Source: Candidatus Tharpella aukensis (GTDB lineage Bacteria > Desulfobacterota > Anaeroferrophillalia > Anaeroferrophillales > Tharpellaceae). Taken from it: a stretch of 38,491 nt of DNA. Under the pieces are notes generated by a model, which worked only from the letters and a program-made list of their open reading frames with translations, had not been told where the DNA came from and made no database searches. Made by a program: the position numbers and the translations under genes. Below, one piece after another: positions 28,553 through 37,686 of the stretch (within the stretch, counting starts at the first letter, position 1; each line of letters opens with the position of its first letter). Location: NCBI GenBank assembly GCA_021163445.1, contig JAGGWR010000032.1, forward strand, positions 1 through 38,491. The letters are read 5' to 3'.

Positions 28553-28700
28553 CAGTTGACACTATAAAAGACTTTACGTTAACAGCCAATCTCTGCTATA
28601 GCCCCAGACCGGTTAACATACTGTATGGAAGACAAAAACTCAACCTGTAAAACCAGCCCGACAATTTATTTCCAAAAACCCTCTTGATGACACCCTCTTT

Positions 28701-30047
28701 ATGACACCCTCTAAAGCTACAACCGACGAACGACAAACCAGTCTATCCGAACCAATCATTATTCCCCGTCCGGATCACCCGATCTCACGTAAAAAGATCG
28801 CTCACAACGCCATAAAAATCCTCTACCGGCTCAAAAATAGCGGCTTTACTGCCTATCTTGCCGGCGGGGCCGTGCGCGATATGCTTTTGGGGCTCACCCC
28901 TGCCGATTTCGATATCGTCACCGATGCCAACCCGAAACAACTTAAAAGACTGTTCCGCAACTCACGCATTATCGGGCGCCGCTTCCGCCTGGTGCACATT
29001 TTTTTCCATGGACACAACCGTTCTACGCCGCAGATTTTTGAGACTGCCACATTTCGCCGGCCCTTCACTTTAGAGCATGACGACGCCGAAAGTATCAAGG
29101 AACAGCCGAATCTGGCCAACAATCTCTTCGGCTCTCCAGCCGAAGATGCCGGACGCCGGGATTTTACGATCAATGCTCTCTTCTATAACATCGCCGATTT
29201 TTCCGTCATTGACCATGTTAACGGTTTGCAGGATCTGGAAGATCGCATCATCCGCATTATCGGTGATCCCGACACCCGTTTTGCCGAGGATCCGGTGCGG
29301 GTTTTACGAGCTCTTGAATTCGCCTGCCGCCTCAATTTTACAATCGAAGATGAGACCGGTAAAGGGCTTAAGGCTCAGGCTCATGCGTTAGCCGGTGTCC
29401 CGGCAAGCCGCTTGCGCGAAGAGTTAAGGGGGCTCTACACTAAAAAAACAACTGCCGCCCTGTTATCACTGGGCGATCACTACCAAATCAATCACCATTG
29501 GCTGCCCGATCAAATTGCCAACAATACGGCAGAATCTATCCCTCTTCTGCAAACGGTTGAAAACTTTTTCCCGCGGCTTGACAACGACAATGAACTCGAA
29601 AAAATGACAATCACAGCCCTGCTGCTGCCCGGAATTCTCAAAGAGTACCCGCTCGCCGACGAGGTGCGCCTCAACCTGGTTCAGGAAAAGGTCGAAGAGT
29701 GGTTAAAACCGATAAGTCAACGTTTAAGCCTGCCCCGTTTTCAGCGGCACGCAATCAAAGAAATTTTCACCCTGCTCTACCGCTTAGGCCGGGGCGACAA
29801 ACGCATTAATCAGCTACTCAACCGGGATCATTTTTTCGCCGCCCTCTTTTTTTATGCAGTTATCACCAAGGCAACCACTCCCCGCCCTGCACACTTCTCC
29901 TTCTGGCGTCAACAAGGAAAGCGCTTAAACCGTAATCCCGGCGCCCGGAAGCTGGACTACGGTGCTCTTTTCGGTAAACCCGAAAAAAAACAAACCGGCA
30001 CCCCCGCCAAAACCCAAGCCGACAAACCGACCGGAGAGCAGAAATAA
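28701..30047 (+). CDS. pcnB: Poly(A) polymerase I / tRNA nucleotidyltransferase family
   Basis: 448 aa. The N-terminus IPRPDHPISRKKIAHNAIKILYRLKNSGFTAYLAGGAVRDMLLG...DFDIVT and RRDFTINAL are closer to PcnB than to CCA-adding enzymes. The C-terminal tail is basic. Confidence 0.82.
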   Translation: MTPSKATTDERQTSLSEPIIIPRPDHPISRKKIAHNAIKILYRLKNSGFTAYLAGGAVRDMLLGLTPADFDIVTDANPKQLKRLFRNSRIIGRRFRLVHIFFHGHNRSTPQIFETATFRRPFTLEHDDAESIKEQPNLANNLFGSPAEDAGRRDFTINALFYNIADFSVIDHVNGLQDLEDRIIRIIGDPDTRFAEDPVRVLRALEFACRLNFTIEDETGKGLKAQAHALAGVPASRLREELRGLYTKKTTAALLSLGDHYQINHHWLPDQIANNTAESIPLLQTVENFFPRLDNDNELEKMTITALLLPGILKEYPLADEVRLNLVQEKVEEWLKPISQRLSLPRFQRHAIKEIFTLLYRLGRGDKRINQLLNRDHFFAALFFYAVITKATTPRPAHFSFWRQQGKRLNRNPGARKLDYGALFGKPEKKQTGTPAKTQADKPTGEQK

Positions 30048-30910
30048 TGCCACCACAGCTTAATCTTGGCCAGATCGACTATTTAAATTGCCGGCCACTG
30101 TACCAGCAACTGCAAGAGGCCCTAAATGATAATTTTTATACATTAAGACCGGGCCATCCGACTCAACTCAATCAGGGCCTCGAAAACGGAACCATCGACA
30201 TTAGTCCTTCATCATCGATGTTACTGGCCGTAAGCCCTAAAAATGATTACTTTATCCTGCCCGATATTGCCATCACCTCACTTAATGAGGTTCGCAGTGT
30301 CCTCCTTTTAAGCCGGCGCCCTTTATCCGAACTAAACGGTTGCAACATCTCTTTGACCGGTCACTCCCTGACCTCCATCTTTCTCTTAAAAATTATTCTT
30401 TTCCATTTTCAGGGGCTGAACCCGGATAAAATCACATTCACGACAAATGAGTTCGACCCAAACCAAACCCGGGAAGCGGCTCTAATCATCGGCGACCAGG
30501 CTTTAGGACTTTATCATAACCCGCCAACCGGTTTTAGAGTCTACGATCTAGGTTCTCTCTGGCACCAATTTACCGGCCTGCCCTTCGTCTATGCCCTCTG
30601 GATCGGGCGTAAAGAAATTTTACCGAAAAAAAACCAGGCTGTCACAAATCTCCATCAACACCTGACCGAAATTGTCTCGCTACTACCTGGAAAACTCGCC
30701 AATCTGGCCGCTGCAACCTTTTTAGAAAAAGATAAATACAGCGCAATCTCTTCAGCTCAACTACTCGCATACTGGGAACAAGCAATCTCCTATAAACTTG
30801 ACAATCGGGCTCTCGCAGGTCTTGATCTATTTTACCAAACCGCCAGGGGTCTTGGTTTAATCGACAAAGTTCCTCAACTTGATTTTTTTCCTAAACCTAA
30901 CCCGGCCTAA
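30047..30910 (+). CDS. mqnA: MqnA-like protein (chorismate dehydratase family, futalosine pathway; periplasmic-binding-protein-like fold)
   Basis: 287 aa. The N-terminal LNLGQIDYLNCRPLYQQL, the GDQAL motif and the size fit the MqnA/MqnD family. The start overlaps the pcnB stop by 1 nt. Confidence 0.6.
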   Translation: MPPQLNLGQIDYLNCRPLYQQLQEALNDNFYTLRPGHPTQLNQGLENGTIDISPSSSMLLAVSPKNDYFILPDIAITSLNEVRSVLLLSRRPLSELNGCNISLTGHSLTSIFLLKIILFHFQGLNPDKITFTTNEFDPNQTREAALIIGDQALGLYHNPPTGFRVYDLGSLWHQFTGLPFVYALWIGRKEILPKKNQAVTNLHQHLTEIVSLLPGKLANLAAATFLEKDKYSAISSAQLLAYWEQAISYKLDNRALAGLDLFYQTARGLGLIDKVPQLDFFPKPNPA

Positions 30911-30925
30911 CCAAAACCATTTTTA

Positions 30926-31006
30926 CAACCACGAATTACACCGATGGACACGGATAAATCCGAGGTTCTTTCAGGAAATCCGCGTTATCCGTGTTATCCG
31001 TGGTTG
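30926..31006. repeat. Structured intergenic hairpin repeat (CACGGATAA-type)
   Basis: The outer stem pairs CAACCACG (30926-30933) with CGTGGTTG (30999-31006). The inner perfect 10-bp stem pairs ACACGGATAA with TTATCCGTGT. The right arm carries tandem TTATCCGTG units. Confidence 0.6.
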
Positions 31007-31073
31007 AACTAATATAACAATAGAGCTATCAGCGGCCAATATCTGACTTGATTTCAAAACATAAATAGGATAC

Positions 31074-31670
31074 ATGAAACAGATGAGAAACAAATTAACA
31101 TTTACCCCATTATATGAAGCCTCCAACCAGTTACAGGAACTACTAGATTTAGTTTGTAATAACTGCGGCCCGGCCCTGGAAGAAGCGATTAAAAATTGCT
31201 ATTTGGCCTTGCAACAGGGGAAAAAGATTCTCTTTTTCGGCAACGGCGGCAGTGCCACCCAGGCCCAACATCTGGCGGCGGAACTAATCAACCGTTTTCT
31301 CCTTGACCGGCGGCCGCTGGCTGCACTGGCTTTGACTTGCGACTCGGCAGTAGTCACCTCAATTGCCAACGACTACTCTTTTTCCGAACTTTTTGTCCGC
31401 CAGCTTGAAGGTCTCGGCCAAGCCGGAGACATTGCCATAGCCCTGACCACCAGCGGGACTTCGGCAAACATAATTGCCGGTCTAAAAAGGGCCCGGGAAC
31501 TGAAAATGACGACTATCGGCCTGCTCGGCCGTGACGGCGGCGACTGCCTTGAACTTTGTGATATAGCACTCCTGGTACCCAGTAACAACACCGCCCGCAT
31601 CCAGGAAATTCATCTCCTTTTGGGTCATCTGCTCTGCGGCTTAGTGGAAAAAGAGATGATGGCGTCGTAA
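31074..31670 (+). CDS. gmhA: D-sedoheptulose 7-phosphate isomerase (SIS domain)
   Basis: 198 aa. Motifs ILFFGNGGSATQAQHLAAEL, ANDYSF and TTSGTSANI are present. The last four codons and the stop lie in repeat A1. Confidence 0.82.
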   Translation: MKQMRNKLTFTPLYEASNQLQELLDLVCNNCGPALEEAIKNCYLALQQGKKILFFGNGGSATQAQHLAAELINRFLLDRRPLAALALTCDSAVVTSIANDYSFSELFVRQLEGLGQAGDIAIALTTSGTSANIIAGLKRARELKMTTIGLLGRDGGDCLELCDIALLVPSNNTARIQEIHLLLGHLLCGLVEKEMMAS

Positions 31671-31730
31671 AAAGTTTCGATCTCCTGCGTCGTAGTTATT
31701 TTTACCTAGCCATCCAGTGACGAATCCATC
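31658..31730. repeat. Family A MITE-like repeat, short copy A1
   Basis: 73 nt: GATGGCGTCGTAAAAAG...TTTTTACCTAGCCATCC...ACGAATCCATC. The terminal inverted repeat is GATGGnnTCGT. It shares both ends with A2. Confidence 0.7.
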
Positions 31731-31748
31731 TAAAAATGGTTTTATAAG

Positions 31749-32720
31749 ATGAAAATCATAGAACTCGATAAAAGAAAACTGACCACCTACCCTCTGGCAT
31801 CGCGCCCGAGCAAAGTCAGTATAAATAATTTTGCGAGAAAATTAACCGGAAAAGAGAGCGTTACCGATCTGCTAGACAAATTGCCCGGTTTTCTCGCAGC
31901 CGATGACTTGAAGAACGTCATTAGCGCCATCATTTCAGCCCGCCAACAACAACGCCCGGTTCTGCTCGGCATGGGCGCCCACGTCATCAAGGTGGGACTG
32001 ACACCACTACTTTTACAACTCCTGGAAAAAGAGGTATTGAGCGGTATAGCCTTAAACGGGGCCGGAATTATCCACGACTTTGAACTCGCTTATGCAGGCC
32101 ACACATCTGAAGAGGTTGCCGACGGCATAACCGGCGGCAACTTCGGCATGGCTAAAGAGACCGGTGAACTCTTAAACCAGGCAATCTTAATCGGAGACCG
32201 GGAGGGACTTGGTCTGGGAGCTGCCGTTGGCCGCATGATCTGGGAAGAAAAGCTGCCACACCGTGAATTGAGCCTTTTAGGACAATGCTATCGTATGCAG
32301 ATTCCGATCACGGTTCATGTCGCCCTCGGCACCGATATTATTCATATGCATGCGGCCGCCGACGGAGCTGCTATCGGGAGCACCAGTTTCAGGGATTTCG
32401 ACAAATTCTGCAACATGGTGGCCCAACTTGAGGACGGCGTCTACATCAATCTCGGTTCGGCCGTAATTCTGCCCGAAGTTTTTCTAAAAGCGATCTCACT
32501 GGTTCGCAACCTCGGACATCAAGTAAACAACCTGACTACGGTCAACATGGATTTTAACCGCCACTATCGATCTTTTGAAAATGTTGTTAAACGGCCGACC
32601 CTCGGCAACGGCCGGGGTTATCAGCTTATCGGCCACCATGAAATAATGTTCCCTCTGTTGGTCGCCGGAATCTTAGCCCAACTTGATGGCGTCGTAAAAA
32701 GTTCCGATATCCTGCGATGA
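31749..32720 (+). CDS. Uncharacterised protein, possibly with a deoxyhypusine-synthase-like fold
   Basis: 323 aa. The segment VLLGMGAHVIKVGLTPLLLQLLEKEVLSGIALNGAGIIHDFE parallels the DHS pattern (FLG...SGLR...VD.IVTTAGG.EED). This is judged from memory only. The last 12 codons and the stop are encoded by repeat A2. Confidence 0.4.
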   Translation: MKIIELDKRKLTTYPLASRPSKVSINNFARKLTGKESVTDLLDKLPGFLAADDLKNVISAIISARQQQRPVLLGMGAHVIKVGLTPLLLQLLEKEVLSGIALNGAGIIHDFELAYAGHTSEEVADGITGGNFGMAKETGELLNQAILIGDREGLGLGAAVGRMIWEEKLPHRELSLLGQCYRMQIPITVHVALGTDIIHMHAAADGAAIGSTSFRDFDKFCNMVAQLEDGVYINLGSAVILPEVFLKAISLVRNLGHQVNNLTTVNMDFNRHYRSFENVVKRPTLGNGRGYQLIGHHEIMFPLLVAGILAQLDGVVKSSDILR

Positions 32721-32834
32721 TGTGGTTTTCCAGGCACTCGACATACTACATGTATGGTCTCGCGCCTGAAAAACCACATCATCTTGTCTATCGAAATTTT
32801 TACTTAGCCATCCCGTTACTTTTACGAAACCATC
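32685..32834. repeat. Family A MITE-like repeat, long copy A2
   Basis: 150 nt. The ends are GATGGCGTCGTAAAAAG / CTTTTACGAAACCATC. An internal 20-nt inverted repeat pairs 32716-32735 with 32764-32783. The apical core at 32736-32763 resembles the family B core. Confidence 0.75.
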
Positions 32835-32870
32835 AACCTTAAATCAAGCAAAAGAGCCATAAGGAAAACA

Positions 32871-33680
32871 ATGGATTTATCGACCTATCGAATCGGCATT
32901 ATCGGTGGCGGCAATATGGGTAAGGCCATCATTAAGGGCCTGCTGGCAGCCCCGCAAAGCCCGACTCTTTCAGCTTGGGATGCGGCAAGTGATTGCCGCA
33001 AACAACTTAAGGAAGAGTTACAAGTTCCGGTTGCTCAGGATAACCGGGAACTGGTTTTAAACAGCGACATTATTATTCTCGCCGTCAAACCGCAAATTAT
33101 TGACCCGGTAATGAATGAGATCGCAGACGCATTGACAACTGACAAATTGCTCATCTCAATCGCTGCCGGAGTACCCTGCAAGCGTCTTGAGAAACCACTG
33201 CAAAACCTGGTTCCGACAATCCGAATCATGCCCAACACCCCGGCCCTGATCAACCGAGGAATCTCAGCGATTGCGGCCGGCTCCCATGCCCAGGAAAAAC
33301 ATCTGAAAATCACTCAAGCCATATTTTCCTGCCTCGGCGAAACCGCCCTGGTTCCAGAAAATACGATGGATATGGTAACTGCCGTTTCCGGTAGCGGCCC
33401 GGCCTACGTTTTCCTGGTTATTGAGGCTATGCTTGATGCCGCCGTGGGTCTCGGCCTGCCCCGAGATTTAGCTCGAAAACTGGTAGTCGAAACCGTTCTC
33501 GGCTCAACTGAGCTGCTCAAAGAGAGTGGCAAACATCCGATGGAGTTAAAGGATATGGTGACCTCGCCCGGCGGCACTACAATTGCGGGTCTGGCTGAAC
33601 TCGAAAAAAACGGCTTGCGCCACGCTTTCAACGAAGCCTTAAAAAGCGCCTGCCAGCGTTCGCAGGAGTTAGGTAAATAA
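32871..33680 (+). CDS. proC: Pyrroline-5-carboxylate reductase
   Basis: 269 aa. Motifs IGIIGGGNMGKAI, MPNTPALI, and the C-terminal VTSPGGTTIAGL are present. Confidence 0.93.
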   Translation: MDLSTYRIGIIGGGNMGKAIIKGLLAAPQSPTLSAWDAASDCRKQLKEELQVPVAQDNRELVLNSDIIILAVKPQIIDPVMNEIADALTTDKLLISIAAGVPCKRLEKPLQNLVPTIRIMPNTPALINRGISAIAAGSHAQEKHLKITQAIFSCLGETALVPENTMDMVTAVSGSGPAYVFLVIEAMLDAAVGLGLPRDLARKLVVETVLGSTELLKESGKHPMELKDMVTSPGGTTIAGLAELEKNGLRHAFNEALKSACQRSQELGK

Positions 33681-33681
33681 C

Positions 33682-34596
33682 ATGCAAGAATTAATAAAAA
33701 AAATTGAGCAGCTTAAAAAAGATCGCCAGGCAATTATTCTGGCCCATAATTATGAACCCCCGGAGATCCAGGATATTGCTGACATAACCGGTGACTCATT
33801 GGGATTAAGCGTTGACGCAGCCCGGCTCGATAATCCGGTAATTGTTTTTTGCGGGGTTCGTTTCATGGCCGAAAGTGCCGCTATCCTGGCACCTGATAAA
33901 AAAGTTATTCTGCCCCGCTTAGAGTGCGGTTGCGGTCTGGCAGATATGGCTGAAGCAGCCGCGTTACAAAAAATGCGCCGGGAAAAGCCCTCTGCAGTTG
34001 TCGTCACCTATGTCAACTCCTCGGCTGAAGTCAAAGCTGAAAGCGATATCTGCTGCACCTCAGGCAATGCCGTCAATGTCGTCAGATCGATAGCTCCCGA
34101 AAAAGAGATCATCTTTGTTCCGGATCGTAACCTCGGAGCCTATGTCCAGGAACAAACCGGCCGCCGGATGACTTTATGGGATGGCTTTTGCCCGATCCAT
34201 AATGCAATCGGAGAAGCCGATATCATCAAGGCTAAAAAAACGCATCCCGAAGCCCTCCTCATTGTCCATCCGGAATGCCGCCCCGAAGTCACCAAATTGG
34301 CCGACGGCGTTTGCAGTACCGGAGGTATGACCGATTTTGTCATTCAGTCAAGTGCCAAAGAGTTTATCATCGCCACCGAAGAGGGCATGATCTACCCCTT
34401 AAGAAAAGCTCACCCCGACCGCATTTTCCATCCGGTCTCCCCAAATGCCATGATCTGTCCGGACATGAAAATGATCTCGCTTGAAGATATCCATAACGCC
34501 CTGGAAAAGCTGGAACCGGTCATCACCGTCAACCCGGAAACCGCAGACCGGGCCCGACTGGCCCTGGAAAAAATGCTCGCCGTACCCCGAAATTAA
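33682..34596 (+). CDS. nadA: Quinolinate synthase
   Basis: 304 aa. Motifs ILAHNYEPPEIQDIAD, VTYVNSSAEVKA and HPEC are present. Confidence 0.93.
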   Translation: MQELIKKIEQLKKDRQAIILAHNYEPPEIQDIADITGDSLGLSVDAARLDNPVIVFCGVRFMAESAAILAPDKKVILPRLECGCGLADMAEAAALQKMRREKPSAVVVTYVNSSAEVKAESDICCTSGNAVNVVRSIAPEKEIIFVPDRNLGAYVQEQTGRRMTLWDGFCPIHNAIGEADIIKAKKTHPEALLIVHPECRPEVTKLADGVCSTGGMTDFVIQSSAKEFIIATEEGMIYPLRKAHPDRIFHPVSPNAMICPDMKMISLEDIHNALEKLEPVITVNPETADRARLALEKMLAVPRN

Positions 34597-34620
34597 TATT
34601 GTTTTATGAAACCATAAAAA

Positions 34621-34651
34621 AGGCCCTCTCTGGATTTTCCGAAGAGGGCCT
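34621..34651. terminator. Bidirectional rho-independent terminator between nadA and the flavodoxin gene
   Basis: AGGCCCTCTCTGGA-TTT-TCCGAAGAGGGCCT forms a 14-bp stem with one mismatch and one G.U. An A-run lies upstream (a T-run on the minus strand) and TTT lies downstream. Confidence 0.85.
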
Positions 34652-34675
34652 TTGATGTCGCAATATCTTACTCTT

Positions 34676-35125
34676 TTAGAGAGTCATCTGGGCAACAGCC
34701 TTGCCATAATCCTGACATGATTTAATGATTTCCGGATCATCACTTTGAAGTTTTCCTTCCAAGCCGTTAAAAGAACCCAAGTTAACCAAGTTCATCTTCA
34801 GCACATACTCCATAGTATCAGCCAAAATCTTGGGCGCATCCCCGGAATGGGTGTATGAGCCAAAAGCCCCGGCGGCCTTGCCGCTAAGACCAGCTTTTTC
34901 GGCAAGAAAGAGAAATGTCTTAAAATTCTGGGTCATTTCACGATGATAAGTGGGACAGCCAAAGATATAACCGTCATAACCGGCAAGATCATCTTCCGAT
35001 TTGACTTTACTCACCTTCTTAAGCTCTGCCTCGGCTCCTGCAAAACGAACCCCCTCAGCAATAAAATTGGCCATTTTTTCCGTATTACCAGTGCGACTGA
35101 AATAGACGATCAATACCTTTGCCAT
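34676..35125 (-). CDS. Flavodoxin (short-chain type)
   Basis: 149 aa with the N-terminal FMN phosphate-binding motif KVLIVYFSRTGNTEKMA. Confidence 0.85.
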   Translation of the reverse strand: MAKVLIVYFSRTGNTEKMANFIAEGVRFAGAEAELKKVSKVKSEDDLAGYDGYIFGCPTYHREMTQNFKTFLFLAEKAGLSGKAAGAFGSYTHSGDAPKILADTMEYVLKMNLVNLGSFNGLEGKLQSDDPEIIKSCQDYGKAVAQMTL

Positions 35126-35229
35126 GATGCATTCTCCCCATTTTTTTGAAGTTAAAAAAACTATAGGAACCGCTATAACACAGACAAACGCTCAAAACAA
35201 TACTTTTATTATTTTCTTACTATTTTAGT

Positions 35230-35805
35230 TTAGTAATTTTCTCCCAACAACTCAAAATGGGCCTGGGCATGAGCGCAGGCAGGGCAGAGTTCAACAGCCT
35301 CGCTGCCGGTGTGCAGATAACCACAATTGCGACAACGCCAAGTTACTTCACCATCTCGCTTAAAAACGCGGCCGGCCTCGATATTGGCGGCCAGATCAAG
35401 ATAACGTTTCTCATGCTGTTTCTCAGCCACAGCGATTGCTAAAAAGATATCGGCGATCTCTGTAAAACCCTCTTCGCGGGCGGTAACCGCAAATTCCGGA
35501 TACATCTCAGTATACTCATGATTTTCACCCGCCGCCGACTCTTTCAGATTTTCAATGGTCGAACCGACAACCCCAGCCGGAAATGATCCACTGATCTCAA
35601 CTTCACCACCTTCCAACAGGTTAAAGAGACGTTTAGCATGCTCTTTCTCCTGATCCGCAGTTTCAGTGAAAATTTCTGAAATCTGCACATAACCCTCTTT
35701 TTTTGCCTTACTCGCAAAATAGGTGTAGCGATTACGAGCCTGGCTTTCACCGGCGAAAGCGGTGAGAATATTCTTTTCGGTTTTACTTCCTTTAAGAGCT
35801 GCCAT
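35230..35805 (-). CDS. Rubrerythrin (ferritin-like diiron domain plus C-terminal rubredoxin-type CxxC...CxxC)
   Basis: [17 protein letters not shown] motifs and the C-terminal CRNCGY...CPAC are present. The ORF track starts at 35817, but ATG 35805 is preceded by GGAGGA and gives the usual MAALKG... N-terminus. Confidence 0.92.
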   Translation of the reverse strand: MAALKGSKTEKNILTAFAGESQARNRYTYFASKAKKEGYVQISEIFTETADQEKEHAKRLFNLLEGGEVEISGSFPAGVVGSTIENLKESAAGENHEYTEMYPEFAVTAREEGFTEIADIFLAIAVAEKQHEKRYLDLAANIEAGRVFKRDGEVTWRCRNCGYLHTGSEAVELCPACAHAQAHFELLGENY

Positions 35806-35911
35806 AAGTTCCTCCATTTTCTCGAGTTAAAAAGCTAATTCTTTTACAGAATAAAGTTTGTTAATCTAGTCGTCGTACACCGAAGAGAAGTCACCTGTCA
35901 ATATATATCGT

Positions 35912-36062
35912 AACTAGTGCGCGACCGAAAACCGCCAATTTCCTCGATTGCGGCGTTAGGCTCAAATTTTAATCCTCGGAATACTTAATGTATGCCTGCG
36001 GTTAAAATCTGAGCCTGCCTTGCACTCAAGAAAATTGTCAGGTTTTTGGTCAGGCACTAACT
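35912..36062. repeat. Long imperfect palindrome, divergent family B relative (copy B3)
   Basis: Arms of about 60 nt (35912-35973 and 36001-36062) are mutually complementary with mismatches. The ends CTAGTGCGCGACCGAAAAC / GGTTTTTGGTCAGGCACTAA resemble the B1 ends. The apical core is at 35974-36000. Confidence 0.65.
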
Positions 36063-36232
36063 ATTCAGCCAGGGATAATCTCAAATCGGCAACCGGCTTG
36101 CAGCCGGTACCTGGAAATCTGTCCACCACACCGAAATAGAGTGAAGTTTTTGTCGCAGTTTTTGTTCAATTGAATTACAAGCTAAACAATCATCAGCTAA
36201 CGCCAATAAATCAGACAGGAGACCGAACTTTC

Positions 36233-36625
36233 ATGGAAAATATCAAAAAGTTTTTTAAAAATGACCGTTTTGCGGCCCACAATGATATCACCCTGCTTGA
36301 CATCCGCCCCGGCTACGCCAAGGCCGAACTTATAATCAGCGACAAACATCTCAACGGGGTTGATATTACGCATGGCGGAGCCATCTTTACCTTGGCCGAT
36401 CTCGCCTTTGCCGTGGCCTCAAATTCACATGGCACGGTAGCCGTTGGGGTCAGCGCGACCATCTCCTACCTCAAAGCAACTAACCGGGGAACCCTCACGG
36501 CCGAAGCCAAAGAAGTTGCCATCAACCCTAAACTGGCAACCTATCAGGTTGAAGTACGCAATGAAAAAAATGAGTTAATTGCCATTTTTCAGGGCACGGT
36601 CTACCGAAAAAAAGTATCACTATGA
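36233..36625 (+). CDS. PaaI-family hotdog-fold thioesterase
   Basis: The sequence NGVDITHGGAIFTLADLAFAVA is typical of PaaI/4HBT class thioesterases. The ORF track starts at a TTG at 36170, but ATG 36233 with an upstream AGGAG is preferred. Confidence 0.8.
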   Translation: MENIKKFFKNDRFAAHNDITLLDIRPGYAKAELIISDKHLNGVDITHGGAIFTLADLAFAVASNSHGTVAVGVSATISYLKATNRGTLTAEAKEVAINPKLATYQVEVRNEKNELIAIFQGTVYRKKVSL

Positions 36626-37545
36626 TTTTCCTGATTTAACCAACGCTTCGATTGCTCAAGCAAGGAGCTCAGAGGCAATTCAGGTTCCAAAGACAATAAT
36701 AACTCTCCCTTCAAACCCAAGAGTTCATTGCCGTTGTGGGTCGCAATCCGCCAGACTTCGGGTAAAGAGATACCAGCCTCGGCAAAGATCTCCATTTCAC
36801 GTAAAAAAGAGCTGCCGTGCGGAACATTATATGATCCTGAATCAGTACCGATTGTCAATTTAACACCATTATCATGAGCGTACTGGATCATCTCCATATG
36901 CCTTTTATAGTTGCGCTCAATAATTGCCAACTGAGCTGCTGAAAAACGCCCGTCTGGATCCAGAATCTGATTGGCCATAGCGGCTACCGTCGGGGCCCAA
37001 TAGATTCCTTTATCAGCCATCATTTCGAGCGTCTCCGGGGCGATAAAATAGCCATGTTCAAGGCTGTGAACTCCGGCTTCAACAGCCTCGCGGCAAGCTT
37101 TGTCGGAATTTACATGAACCATCACTTTTTTACCAGCATCTGCCGCCATTTTGACAATCTCATGAAGTTCCGTTAAACTCCACTGCTGCCGACCAACCTC
37201 TCCATAAACATCAAACGAAACCAGACCGGTGAGAATTACTTTAACAAAAGAAGATGGGGTTCCAGAGATCTTTTCGGCCAAAGTAAGATCACGGTTTTCA
37301 CCCAAGAAAGATCCATAAGAGCCCTTTTTAAAGAGCGCTGGCCCCGTCCGGACAACCTTTAAGGCTGACGGTAATTTAACCTCGTCAAGAGAACCATCCC
37401 GGTCACCGGCATCGCGCACTACGGCGACACCAGCAGCCAGCTGACGAGAGGCGTTATCATAAGGATCGCCGCCCAGACTCAAATGAACGTGAGTATCAAC
37501 CGGCAAAGGTAAAAGAAAAGATTGGGAAGAAGTTTTTTGCGGCAT
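36601..37545 (-). CDS. Metal-dependent amidohydrolase superfamily protein
   Basis: 314 aa. It has the N-terminal metal-binding motif VDTHVHL, plus MVHVNS, SLEHGYF and a late GTDSG motif. The substrate is unknown. It overlaps the convergent thioesterase gene by 25 nt. Confidence 0.75.
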   Translation of the reverse strand: MPQKTSSQSFLLPLPVDTHVHLSLGGDPYDNASRQLAAGVAVVRDAGDRDGSLDEVKLPSALKVVRTGPALFKKGSYGSFLGENRDLTLAEKISGTPSSFVKVILTGLVSFDVYGEVGRQQWSLTELHEIVKMAADAGKKVMVHVNSDKACREAVEAGVHSLEHGYFIAPETLEMMADKGIYWAPTVAAMANQILDPDGRFSAAQLAIIERNYKRHMEMIQYAHDNGVKLTIGTDSGSYNVPHGSSFLREMEIFAEAGISLPEVWRIATHNGNELLGLKGELLLSLEPELPLSSLLEQSKRWLNQENHSDTFFR

Positions 37546-37686
37546 TAGAAGACTCCAAAAAGACTGAAAATAATTATAGTACTATTTTACACTTGAGCCA
37601 AAGAAACAACTATGTTATGGTAAATGATTCACTTAATGAGAGTTAAGGATAACTTTTAACTTTTTTATTATTAAAGGATCAGCCAA

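Noticed and set aside
35828-35846. An AT-rich inverted repeat (AAAAG-CTAATT-CTTTT) upstream of rubrerythrin, considered as a possible PerR/Fur box
   Set aside because: Only 5 bp pair per arm in very AT-rich sequence. It does not match the 7-1-7 PerR/Fur consensus well enough to call.
36060-36232. A possible riboswitch or leader upstream of the PaaI thioesterase gene (hairpin CCGGCT-TGC-AGCCGG at about 36093-36107). GEMM-type c-di-GMP/cGAMP riboswitches were also considered upstream of the cytochrome gene.
   Set aside because: I could not match any conserved riboswitch core, such as the GEMM GGCAAA...CGCAAAGC elements. The cytochrome gene has only a 59-nt upstream spacer.
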